DNA of 64,000 nucleotides, taken from Eledone cirrhosa. Lineage: Eukaryota. The notes below the pieces were generated by a model. The model saw only the letters and a list, made by a program, of their open reading frames with translations. It did not search any database and was not told the origin of the DNA. The stretch is taken from NCBI GenBank assembly GCA_964016885.1, contig OZ024759.1, forward strand, positions 6,882,001-6,946,000, written 5' to 3'. Shown piece by piece: positions 25,861 to 40,826 of the stretch. Position 1 is the stretch's first letter. Every line of letters starts with the position of its first letter. A program made the translations under genes and the position numbers.

Positions 25861-25939
25861 GTCCATATATATGCATATATATCATACATATATACTTATA
25901 TATATACATATTTATACATATATATACATATATATATAA

Positions 25940-26283
25940 TATAAACAAACGAAAAATCAGTGATGCATCTAGACTCAGTTTATTGCGCATTTCAATTGTT
26001 TCGCCGATTGAAGTGTGTCGGACGGAGACTAGCTGATGACCAGTGTGGCAGTAGATAGTGACAAGAATTTATGATGACGTAGGAAAACAACAGCCAATGG
26101 CAAGACAAGAGTGGAAGATGTTTTTTTTGAAAGTGGTTTTGAAGCTAAAACTCCAGTGAGAAAGCATTGCATGTGTCAGAAGAACCTGCAGTTGTAGAAT
26201 CAGACAGATCCATACACTGATCGTGTCTCGAGATATGCCGGCGAAACAATTGTAACACGCAATAAACTGAGTCTAGATGCATA
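25940..26283. repeat. Short inverted arms with a degenerate long-stem-II HHR (26173-26260, +)
   Basis: 25963-26006 mirrors 26239-26281; gtgt-CAGAAGA-acctgca...tgccggc-GAAA-caattg-TA-acac; related minus copy at ~44290-44385. Confidence 0.65.
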
Positions 26284-27013
26284 TGTATATATGTATATAC
26301 GTATATGTATATATATGTATATATATGTATCCCGTAAGGTTGAGTAAAACTTTAGGCAGTATTCGGCTGCGCTTTCTAGCAACCAGCCTACTCGCCGTCA
26401 GGCACCAATCACAAGCTTTCTGACTTGACCACTGGCCATGTGACAATTCTTAACCATTTTGAATTCGTTTCTGGCGGGGATCATTTAAGAAAAATCTTTG
26501 TCCAATTGAGTTTGTTTCCTGATGATTTCGAAACTCGTTGATTTATCGATGATCGGATATTTCCAAAAAGCGAATGAAACCTTCGGAGGTAGAAACATGA
26601 TTTTGGTATGTTTATGTACATTTTTTCTTCTAACTTTAATTTTGTACCTAATTGTGTATGGTTGGCTATATGTCTAATCAATTTCTACGGGCTATTAGAA
26701 ATACTAGGTAAATCTTCTGTGGCTGTGGATCGCGGATAAAATAGTTATCATTTATTTATCTATTGTTTCTTCATCGGTACATTTTAAAATTATAGCCTCG
26801 TTTAATTGATTTTTTATGTGGTTAATTATGCTAATTGGGAGACGAAATAATGTATATATTTTATCAAATGATTCTATGGACTTACTTTCTTATATATTGC
26901 TCTGATTGTTGATTATTTAATTAATTAATTCGTCATTGAGCCACACCGTGAATGGTTGCCAAAAACATATATATATATATATATGGCTCTGTCTAGTTTA
27001 TGTATATGTAAAC

Positions 27014-27047
<34 letters not shown>

Positions 27048-27052
<5 letters not shown>

Positions 27053-27240
27053 TAATTGTTTCTACTTTTGGCACAACTCCAGCAAATACCCAGTGCATTA
27101 CTGGTATTTTATTTTATCGACCCCGTAAGGTTGAAAGGCAAAGTTAACCTCGGCGGGATTTGAACTCATAATGGCAAGGGCCGTAACTCTATACGTCAAA
27201 GCATGGCGTCCGACCCTCTACCGATACTCCCAATCCACCG
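27048..27240 (-). mobile_element. tRNA-derived SINE with Meta-like domain
   Basis: Same family as 4895 and 34895. Confidence 0.8.
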
Positions 27241-27302
27241 TAATAATAATAAATGTGTGTGTGTGTGTATGTCCGTGTATATATATATATATATATATAT
27301 AT

Positions 27303-27520
27303 AGGAACGATCGACTTTCGTCAAATCGGACCGAGGGAACAATGTTTCCGTTGGTCTTTCCAATTGCTAATACTATCTATCGGTCGCAACTCCAGGTAGA
27401 AGGAGCAACGTGAAATAAAGTGTCTTGCTCAAGGACATAACGCATCGCCTGGTCCAGGAATCGAACTCACAACCTTACGATTGCGAATCCAATTCTCTAA
27501 CCACTCAGCCACACGCCTTC
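27303..27520 (-). mobile_element. Second tRNA-derived SINE family (CORE-like segment)
   Basis: Reverse complement ggcgtgtggctgagtggttaga (A box), gagttcgattcc (B box), tgtccttgagcaagacactt; copies at 37601 and 57590. Confidence 0.75.
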
Positions 27521-28337
27521 ATATATATATATATATATGTTTGTGTATATATGTATGCGTAATAATAGTGAGTAATAATAGTGAGAGAATGAAGAGTAAC
27601 ATGGTTGGCTGTACAACAAGGGGCTTTATTTCAGGTAGTGACAATTGTTTCATTGATCAGGTGAGTCTAAAGAGATGCTAAGAGACTTATGATCCAGTGA
27701 CCAGTTGGCCGTTGGACAGCTAATAGCGGTGTGATGGTGTGTATTCCATACGTTAAAATCCAGGTGGTTCAGTTCTAATTTTGGGATTGCTTGCTCGAAT
27801 CACGTTGATTTGAAATGTGTGAACTTGGTAGCTATTTTATGCCTACATGAAATTGATCTTTCTATTTTGCTGTGTATATATATAACGCGAGAAAATACCG
27901 ATGATTCTAGCAGACAACTGACAATGGATATTACCCTCTTTCGCCCGTAACTTTTATTTTTCATTATACTTAAATGCAACCACACAGCTCGCCATTTTAT
28001 TCATATAAGCTTCCTTCTCCACTGTGACCCGTCTTTTTTCTCTCCCCTTGTTGCTTTCCTCTCTCTCCTCCCTCGTCCGCCACTGTAACCAGTCTCTTCT
28101 CTCGCTAACACTGCTATAGTGAAGACGTGTTTTTTTTTCTCTCATCAAACTTGCTAGATCTTACGTTCGAAATGAGTTGTTGACTTAATATTTTTCCTAT
28201 TTTTCTTCTCTTTACGTTGCTTCACCCTTCGTGTCTGTTTACATATTTTTCTCTCCCCCCACCTTTTTTTTATCCCAATAACTTATTTTAGTTATTGTTC
28301 GCCCTAGACTGAGGTATCTTGTCTCTAACACGAAGAA

Positions 28338-28442
<105 letters not shown>

Positions 28443-28470
28443 ATATATATATGTATATATATATATGTAT

Positions 28471-31125
<2,655 letters not shown>

Positions 31126-31130
<5 letters not shown>

Positions 31131-31470
31131 ATCTTCTTTTATACTCTTTATTATACCCATTGTTGCAGACCACAACATCTTCACTCTCTTTGAATATGAC
31201 ACTATTGATAGCAACACTAATATCAACGTGTCTTTATGAATGTTCTGTTAAATAGGAATTTAATTATGTATTTAAACTTTGCCATTGCTCCGTTTCTTCC
31301 AAACGGAGCAATGGCAAAGTTTAAATACATAATTAAATTCCTATTTAACAGAACATTCATAAAGACACGTTGATATTAGTGTTGCTATCAATAGTGTCAT
31401 ATTCAAAGAGAGTGAAGATGTTGTGGTCTGCAACAATGGGTATAATAAAGAGTATAAAAGAAGGTTAGTC
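31126..31470. repeat. Near-perfect fold-back (~170-bp arms, 5-nt loop at 31296-31300)
   Basis: ...ccattgctccgttt-cttcc-aaacggagcaatgg... Confidence 0.92.
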
Positions 31471-32950
31471 GCAAAGGAGGACATTATTGGTACAGAGGCA
31501 TATAGACAGTAAGAATGCATATACAGAATAATATGGTAAAGAAAGCAGAGGTATTAAGTATATACAGCATAATATGGCAAAGATATCGCAAAATATAGGT
31601 GTAATAGGATATTAAGCAGCCAGGAATGCATAGTTAGAATATAAGGTGAAAATTGTGAAGCAAATTGTGTAATATACAAAGTTTCGTTATGCATGCGTTG
31701 ACAGTGGATCAGATAAATAATTAAATAAATAATCCAAGCAGAAGTAAAGCTGTTGTGTAGTGCAAACAATGTTATGTGGTATTAAGATATGTAGCGAGAT
31801 GAATATATTTAAAACAGTTTCTATGTGAGTTTATGGTGGATGTAAAGTGATAAATGTTCTGGTAATGTTTAAATGTAGATGTGTTGTGAGTATCGAGGTT
31901 TCTTTTTCCATTTCATTGGTTATATTTAAGAAATATTTTAAAATAATATTTTAAATAGATACAATTATGAACTGTATATTGCCCTTATTATAATCAGATT
32001 AAGGGTTAGAGTTGTTCTGGAGTGAACTCATTTATATAGTCAGATGTTAAATTTCCGAGCTGGTGTGCTTATGTCTAACGGTTTAAAATCAAAGAAGTGA
32101 TTGGAGATCTTCACTAAAGGGAGCCAATAGGAAAAGGGAGGTAATTGAAGATTTATTTATGTATAACAGAAAAATATATAATCTAGTTTTAGTTGTTTAT
32201 ATATCCTATTAATTAAATTCTATGTGTTAATATACATTATATTATATTATAAGAGAATCCTTATATATTTTTATATTTATTCTATATATAATCTGTTTTT
32301 TATATAATATTTAAAGGTCTCAATTGTCCACTACTTACCTATATATTAATTAAATGAATAACATATTAGTAAGGAAGATATTATAGTTATATTAAGTGGT
32401 GGTAAATGTATGTTTATTCTTTATAGTTATTATTGAGTATAAGATCTGAGATAAATAGGAGATAAATGAAGGAATGAGTTGATACAAAAATATGAGGATG
32501 TGGGGATATTTTATGCTGATAAAACCTAGAGGTAAAGTGTTAACGGTGGTGAGGAATCTAGATCTGACATTGTTATATACTAGCAGCTAGGTTTGAAATT
32601 GTGGAGAGAGTGTCGGTGGTAGTGTTGGCACATGGAAAACATTTCTGACTTTCTATTTAAAAGGTTTAGCTTAGAATAGATTATAGTGCGAGTCTCTAAA
32701 AGACAGAGGTTACAGAATCTATTCGGTGGTTTATAAGAAGTGACCCTATCTATTACTTCCCATTGAAGTGTATATGGTCTATTCCTAGTTTTCAGAGGGT
32801 GTATGTAGTTAGATAAAGAGGTGGAGTTATATTTTGAAAGATTATGATTTTGATTTAGATTATGATTTAGATTTTGAAAGTGTGAAGATGTGAGTTATAT
32901 CTCGTCTTGAAGCAGTTCGAGGTAGAACCAATATATGCTTTCGAAGTGTT
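31301..32950 (-). mobile_element. PLE fragment: GIY-YIG remnant (~32590-32950, absent from the ORF track) plus a ~1.3-kb 3' UTR
   Basis: Manual minus-strand translation: KAYIGSTSNCFKTRYNSHLHTF...STSLSNYIHPLK...QWEVIDRVTSYKPPNRFCNLCLLE...LLNRKSEMFSMCQH. Confidence 0.85.
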
Positions 32951-33158
32951 ACTTGGACACTGACCAAGAAACTCACTCATGGTGAATGGATGCTACACGA
33001 TATATATATATATATATATGTATATATATGAATATATATATATATATGTATGTATATATATATATATATATAAATATATATATATATGTATATATATATG
33101 TATATATATATATATGTAGGTATGTATATATGTTTATATATATATGTATATATATATA

Positions 33159-33286
<128 letters not shown>

Positions 33287-33340
33287 CGTATATATATATG
33301 TATAAATGTATAAATATATGTATATATATGTATATATATA

Positions 33341-34625
33341 CAGGGTGTGGACGATATTTGTTCGCAATTTTCAACTGCTAATTTTATGCAAATTTTTTTA
33401 ACTTCCGTTGTCACTCTTGTCTTCATAAAAACAGTGACTATATTTCCATTATTTATTTTCAGAATAATTGATTATGAATAATTTTGAACCTCCAAATTTG
33501 TGGAAGAGACACGGAGTTCTTCTTGGAATCCGCTCCGAGAGGACAAATAAGGAAATTTCAAACTTTCTCAGCGTCGGCAGGAGAATGGTGGAAAAGGTCA
33601 GAAAGGAATTGGAAGATTCAGGATTTGACTACGAAGCAACATCAGAGAGGAAAACACCTGATCGACGATCTGACGCCTTCAGAACGCCCGCGTTCGTCGC
33701 TGAAGTTCAGGATATCATCAACAATGAACGTAGCAAGTCGATGCATGCCATTGCAAGGGAGAAAGGCATGGATGAAAAGCTCATTAGGCTGGTGGTAGAT
33801 GAAGACATTCGCTACGTTTCATACAAGACGAAGAAAGGACAATTTTTGTCAAAGGCGATGCAAGAAAAGCAACTGAAGCACGCAAAGAAGCTGATCAACA
33901 AGTTGAAACACTCACTGGAGCCAGACATGCTGTGATTTTTCTCCGACGAGAAAAACTTCTGCCAAGACCAGAAGATCAAGTCCCAGAACAACAGGTAGCT
34001 TCCTGTCTCATCCAAAGACGTGCCCAGAGTCATGCAGACAAAGTTTCCAGCGACAACATTGGTCTTAGGTGTCGCCAGCAGTCAAGGTGACGTCATTCCA
34101 CCTCAATTCTTCCCTGAGGGCACCAAGCTGAACACATCCGCGTTCTGAGCGAGGTAGTAAAGCCCTGGATCGACCAGGTAGCTGCAGGTAGGCCGTACGT
34201 GTGGCAGCTAGGCTCAGCGCCCTGCCATACCAGCCGAAAGACCCAAGCCTGGCTGTCAGAGAACTTCGTCGACCACACTTCACCTGACATCTGGCCTACC
34301 AGCTCACCTGACTGCAACCCCCTCGACGCAGTGGAACGAGACACCAACAGATCTAACTGCAATACGAAAGACGATCTGAAGGCCAGGATCACAAGTGCCT
34401 TTAGGGGTCTAAGTTGGAGGACAGTGACGAAGGCCCGTAGCCGGTTCCGAGGCCGCCTTGAGGCCGTCATCAACGCCAATGGCAGGTTTATCAAGTGAGA
34501 TCGAAAGAACAAGTCATGAAGACAAACTGACCCAAGTTTGATAAATATAGCTTAAAAAATAAAACTACTGTGTTACTTTTTCCTAGACAGTAGTAATCTT
34601 GCGAACAAATATCGTCCGCACCCTG
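33341..34625 (+). mobile_element. DD37D (maT-type) Tc1/mariner transposon, decayed
   Basis: 27-bp TIRs cagggtgtggacgatatttgttcgcaa, TA flanks; FSDEKNF, WQLGSAPCH (second D mutated), 37 aa to WPTSSPDCNPLD. Confidence 0.88.
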
Positions 34626-34687
34626 TATGTACATACGTAGATATAAGGTGAAACAATTTTTCTCGGAATGTTGAACTAACTGTTGTG

Positions 34688-34769
<82 letters not shown>

Positions 34770-34801
34770 TTGTTCGCAAGATTACTACTGTCTAGGAAAA
34801 A

Positions 34802-34838
<37 letters not shown>

Positions 34839-34894
34839 AGTCTTAGACAGGAACAAAAACAGAGAGGCACTACAAATAGGAGTTTATTATATAA

Positions 34895-35085
34895 GGGCGG
34901 TGGATTGGCAGTATCGGTAGAGGGTCGGACGCCATTCTTTCCAGCATAGTTACGTCCCTTTACGATCTGAGTTCAAATCCCGCCGAGGTTGACTTTGCCT
35001 TTCATCCTTACGGGGTCGATAAAATAAAGTACCAGTAATGTACTGGGTAATTGCTGGCCTTGTGCCTAAAGTAGAAACAATTATA
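34895..35085 (+). mobile_element. tRNA-derived SINE with Meta-like domain, full copy
   Basis: gggcggtggattggcagtatcgg (A box), gagttcaaatcc (B box), gcctttcatccttacggggtcgataaaataaagtaccag. Confidence 0.82.
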
Positions 35086-35133
35086 TAACGCTTGTGAGAG
35101 TTATATATATATGTGTATATATATATATACATA

Positions 35134-35229
<96 letters not shown>

Positions 35230-35242
35230 TATATGTACATAT

Positions 35243-35826
35243 ATACTGAAATATTAGTAAGTAAGTTAATTTTTATAATTTTCTTATTTTACGTCTTTCA
35301 TATAATTGTTCTGCATCCCCTTGCATTGAACCACAAAGTTACTAAGACAAAACCTATATATTTGCTAGCATAGGTATACATCTGTATATATATGTTGGTA
35401 GATATACTAATTCTTTATAATTTTCTCCAAATTATTTTGTTGAGCAAAAATTGCCAAAACAGCTACTATAGTTCATAGTAATGGCTCGGCTACTGTCTTT
35501 TTAACACCCCACTTCTCACTGATTAACCTCGATGTCACGTGATTGATTCTTTTGAATTTGCCACCGACCAAGTAGGCAGTGATTTTTTCAATGTCTTGGA
35601 ATTTAGTCCACGCTTGGTTTTTTCTATCCAGTGAATTATTTTTGTGTAAGTTCCCTGTGTCCAGGCATCGCCTGGTAACTTAGCTGAGAACAGACTTCCT
35701 GATGACGAAACGGCTTCTCCATGTTTTCCATTTGGAAACCATGTTTATTCCCTTCAGAAATTAATTAGTTGGAGTGAAATTTTAGTAAGTTAAATTTTAC
35801 AATTTTCTTATTTTACGTCTTTCATA
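35243..35826 (+). mobile_element. ~530-bp non-coding unit with ~55-nt terminal direct repeat and a candidate HHR
   Basis: 35245-35303 resembles 35773-35826; flanked by (TA)n. Confidence 0.65.
35694..35775 (+). ncRNA. Candidate hammerhead ribozyme with long stem II
   Basis: acttc-CTGATGA-...catgttttcca(tt)tggaaaccatg...-GAAA-ttaattag-TT-ggagt; base of stem II is imperfect. Confidence 0.6.
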
Positions 35827-35829
35827 TAT

Positions 35830-35923
<94 letters not shown>

Positions 35924-35943
35924 GTATGTATGTATGTATATTA

Positions 35944-36110
35944 TAGGGTCGGACGCCAAGCTTCGATGCGTAGAGTTGCGGCCCCTTCCAATCTGAGTTC
36001 AAATCCCGCCGAGTTTAACTTTGCCTTTCATCCTTACGGGGTCGATAAAATAAAGTATCAGTAATGCACTGGGTATTTGCTGGCCTTGTGCGAAAAGTAG
36101 AAACAATTAT
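35944..36110 (+). mobile_element. 5'-truncated Meta-like SINE
   Basis: Same family as 34895. Confidence 0.78.
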
Positions 36111-36111
36111 A

Positions 36112-36208
<97 letters not shown>

Positions 36209-36223
36209 GTGGGTATATATATG

Positions 36224-36270
<47 letters not shown>

Positions 36271-36289
36271 ATATATATATATGTGTGTG

Positions 36290-36328
<39 letters not shown>

Positions 36329-36345
36329 GTGGGTATATATATATG

Positions 36346-36402
<57 letters not shown>

Positions 36403-36425
36403 ATATATATATATATAAATGTGTG

Positions 36426-36458
<33 letters not shown>

Positions 36459-36475
36459 GTGAGTATATATATGGG

Positions 36476-36514
<39 letters not shown>

Positions 36515-36533
36515 ATATATATATATATAAATG

Positions 36534-36575
<42 letters not shown>

Positions 36576-36593
36576 TGTGGGTATATATATATG

Positions 36594-36691
<98 letters not shown>

Positions 36692-36707
36692 TGTGGGTAT
36701 ATATATG

Positions 36708-36808
<101 letters not shown>

Positions 36809-36809
36809 C

Positions 36810-37090
36810 GAGGCACGTGTCCTAGTGGTAAGAGTGTTGAATTTACGATCATAATGTCGTGGGTTCGATTCCTTGGCTGCGTGTTGTGTTCTTGTGCAAA
36901 ACACTTCATTTCACCTTGCTCCAGTATACTCAGCTCAAAATGATTACCAACAATAGCTGGAGGTTAAACCCTGCGATGGACTGGCGTCCTGTCCAGGGGG
37001 GGAGTGTTGTACTCTCAGTCGCTTCACGTCATGAAACCGGGATAAGCACCGGCCAAATGAATCATCTGGCTTAAGACAGACTTTAGACTT
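36810..37090 (+). mobile_element. tRNA-derived SINE with a V-domain-like segment
   Basis: tcctagtggtaag (A box), ggttcgattcc (B box), aaccctgcgatggactggcgtcctgtccagggg. Confidence 0.7.
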
Positions 37091-37562
37091 TTTAGATATA
37101 TATATGTATATCCTCATTTTACGTCCGCTTTATATATATATATGTGTGTATATATATATGTGTGTGTATATATATATGTGTGTGTGTGTATACATATATA
37201 TGTGTATATATATGTGTGTGTATATATATATATGTGTGTGTGTGTATATATATATGTGTGTGTGTGTATAAATATATGTGTATATATATATGTGTGTGTG
37301 TATATATATATATATATATGTGTGTGTGTATATATATGTGTGTGTGTATATATATATATGTGTGTGTGTGTATATATATATGTGTGTGTGTATAAATATA
37401 TATGTGTATATATATATGTGTGTGTGTATATATATATATATATGTGTGTGTGTGTATATATATGTGTGTGTGTATATATATATATGTGTGTGTGTGTATA
37501 TATATATGTGTGTGTGTATAAATATATACGTGTATATATATATGTGTATATGTATATATATA

Positions 37563-37600
<38 letters not shown>

Positions 37601-37602
<2 letters not shown>

Positions 37603-37817
37603 AACGATCGACTTTCGTCAAATCGGACCGAAGAAACAATGTTTCCGTTGGTCTTTCCAATTGCTAATACTATCTATCGGTCGCAACTCCAGGTAGAAGG
37701 AGCAACGTGAAATAAAGTGTCTTGCTCAAGGACATAACGCATCGCCCGGTCCGGGAATTGAACTCACAACCTCACGATTGCGAATCCAATTCTCTAACCA
37801 CTCAGCCACACGCCTTC
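37601..37817 (-). mobile_element. Second tRNA-derived SINE family, copy
   Basis: Near-identical to 27303-27520. Confidence 0.78.
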
Positions 37818-37983
37818 GTCGAATCGGCTTGAGCTCAGCCGTCGGGGTCCTACTCGTTCCTATATATATAGGAACGAGTAGGACCCCGACGGCTGAGCTC
37901 AAGCCGATTCGACGGGTAATTCTGGTCCAGAATTAGCCGTCGAATCGGCTTGAGCTCAGCCGTCGGGGTCCTACTCGTTCCTA
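37818..37983. repeat. Three alternately inverted copies of a 43-bp GC-rich unit (double palindrome)
   Basis: gtcgaatcggcttgagctcagccgtcggggtcctactcgttcc, then its reverse complement, then again; related copy at 22082-22140. Confidence 0.85.
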
Positions 37984-38098
37984 TTACCCACTCTACTACC
38001 CTAAGTATTGAGTACTTTGGTGCGTTATGGTCCATCTGGTTCCTTACCACATTTCCTTCATTATATATATATATAAATATATATATATAAGTACATAT

Positions 38099-38253
<155 letters not shown>

Positions 38254-38256
38254 TAT

Positions 38257-38294
<38 letters not shown>

Positions 38295-38520
38295 GTACAT
38301 ACATAGATATAAGGTGAAACAATTGTTCTCAGAATGTTGAACTAACTGTTGTGTTATATAAATATATATATATATATATATTTAAAAATTAAACAAGGTT
38401 CAATGAAAACATCAAAGAATGAGTTTTACAATAGATTGGAAGCACTCAACAATTTGGTTTTCCTGAGTTATTAATATTAATTCAAAATATTAACAAAATA
38501 GATATTCTTGTGATCAATTA

Positions 38521-38587
38521 TATTTTATTATACATATTTCAGAGGTACTGAGTTAACTTCAACAGTACGTCCTCATCAGATAAAATA
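38521..38587 (-). ncRNA. Hammerhead ribozyme (614 family, diverged stem II)
   Basis: Reverse complement: tattttat-CTGATGA-ggacgtactg...cagtacctct-GAAA-tatgta-TA-ataaaata. Confidence 0.8.
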
Positions 38588-39953
38588 AGGTGATGCATGA
38601 CATACCCTGACATAGTAGATGGTTAAGATTCAGTCATGGTAGTGATTAACTTATGACAAAACTCAATATTTATACCCTAATATTGAGAACATGAGATAAC
38701 ATAATACAAACAATAGAGCGGGTGCGTGTAATAGAGCTTAAGAAATACATGGCATCAATATAACAGTTATAACATTTTTTATTTTTAAAAACTACTGGAG
38801 AAAGAGGAGGGAAAGGAAAGCATAGAGTAAGAAACAGCTGGTGTGATAATATATTTAGTAGGTGGCTTGAAAAAACAGATGAAAGATTATTAAAGAGAGA
38901 GAGAGAGACAAAGGGGAGTAATTTATGTTTAAGTTTATATACACAGATTTCCATATATGCAACACATGTCCAAATTAATATAGTTGGCGGTTAATTTTCA
39001 AAATATTTAATTTAAGTTATTTCAGAGTAATGAATAATATTTTAGGTTTTAAAAGTTAATAGGTATTTGTATTAATATTATAATTATGTTTAATTTTTAA
39101 ATTTCAAATTTTATGGAAACAAATTTAAAGGATTTACGAAACACGAGAAAGAAAATATATATATAATGCTTTTATATCTTCACGAAGGTAATCTTTACCA
39201 AAATTATTTATAATATTGACAACAGTTTATATAATATAATTTATAAAATAATTATAGTTATAATTATTAAAGAATTTATTGTTAAATAGTTTGAGTGCCT
39301 TAAAGTATCAACCGGCCTTATAACTAAACTTAAAGTAGTCCGAATTTTTTATTATATATATGTGTTGATAAAAAAATACAAAGATTATAGTTTATCATTT
39401 GTTTATAATTGAGGTGATACCTTTCAAATATATATAATATAATACAGTAATGCAATAATGCAATATAGTAAATAAGTTACTGAAAATATTGTTCAAAAAT
39501 ATATATAGTTAAAAAATGTTGTTAAAAATATTGCTAAAGAATTAATGTTTTATATCAATTATTTTCATTTAGTTGATACATACTATAAAGATGTAAGTCA
39601 AAACTATATGAGTCCTAATGATACGGGCTAGATACAAAATAAATATACAAATAAAAGAAAATGAATTGTTTGCGAAGCTTAAAGATGCCTAATATTAAAA
39701 ATATATTATAAATGCAATAGGGTTTTAATATAGTATGCAAAAGATACATCTAAAATATTTTAGCGAATGTGATATAAAGAGGAGCTAAATATTTGAAGTA
39801 TATTGAGTATATGTTGGTTGTTTACCAACACCTCAGTATGCAGATTGGAGCACTCGACGAAGTACGCAGGTTGGTTTGTTTACTCCAGAGTAATGTAAAA
39901 TAATTAAGTCAACAATGTAAAATTTGGCTCCGTTTAATATAAATTATAGATAT

Positions 39954-40008
39954 ACTGCTATATATATTTCGGTGACAGCCATCATTGGCTGTGACCTCTT
40001 CAGGCAGT
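39954..40008 (-). ncRNA. Hammerhead ribozyme related to 15326
   Basis: Reverse complement: actgc-CTGAAGA-ggtcacagcca(atga)tggctgtcacc-GAAA-tatata-TA-gcagt. Confidence 0.9.
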
Positions 40009-40826
40009 CTGAATTGGTGTGGGAAAGACAGGTACACATGTTGTTGACGTGTATTTTACTCCGTCAGTACATCGATATGTCCAGCTCCTGGTTGTGTTGT
40101 TATTCCTCTGAGGAACTGGAATCATATGAGTTAGAACAAACGAATTTCGGCATCATAGGACACGCTCGCATCCCATTGGTCAGTTGTGAGAACATTCTTC
40201 AGTCAAAAGACTATAGAAATTTTTCTGAGGCAAGACAATCTGTTGTAGTAGTTTTTGTTTAGGTACAGCTAACCTCCTCCATTATGTTGGTAGGGGTAGT
40301 GGTGTTAAGGGGTCAGCTGGCAGGTCAGCTTTAGTATGTTGCTGCTATGTTCAGAAGAATTTGTGTGTGGGGGTTAGCATCTATCCTGCCACCATTTCAC
40401 GTGGTGGGGGGTGCCAAACAGATAAAAAAATAAGATAAAATAAAATAAAGAAATAAAAAAATAAAAAAATAAAATAAAATAAAATAAAATGTTTTATCAA
40501 AGTTTGAAAGATTTGGAAAACATTGACTGAAGTAGAAAGGCTGTGTGTTAGAATCGAGAAGTGTAAGGAATTACAATTCTTACACTATCATCGAATTGTG
40601 CGTTTTAAGAGCCAATGAGGTAACAGTGGAGTGTAAAACACCAACAACCTGAGTGTCAAAATCCGGAAATGCAAAGGACTACAGTTCCTATTTCGGCATA
40701 GAGTACATATGCGTGTATGTCAACGCACATCGTTGCAAGCACACACGCACAAACACAGACTGAGGTGCATTCCATATGTATATATATATATATATATACA
40801 CACACACATACATATATACATACATA

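Noticed and set aside
26330-26960. Possible host exon or unique sequence
   Set aside because: Partly repeated in reverse at 58690-58880, so an interspersed repeat; no coherent ORF
27440-27520. Possible tRNA gene (also 36810 and 34895)
   Set aside because: tRNA-like heads continue into SINE bodies and are multi-copy; no full cloverleaf
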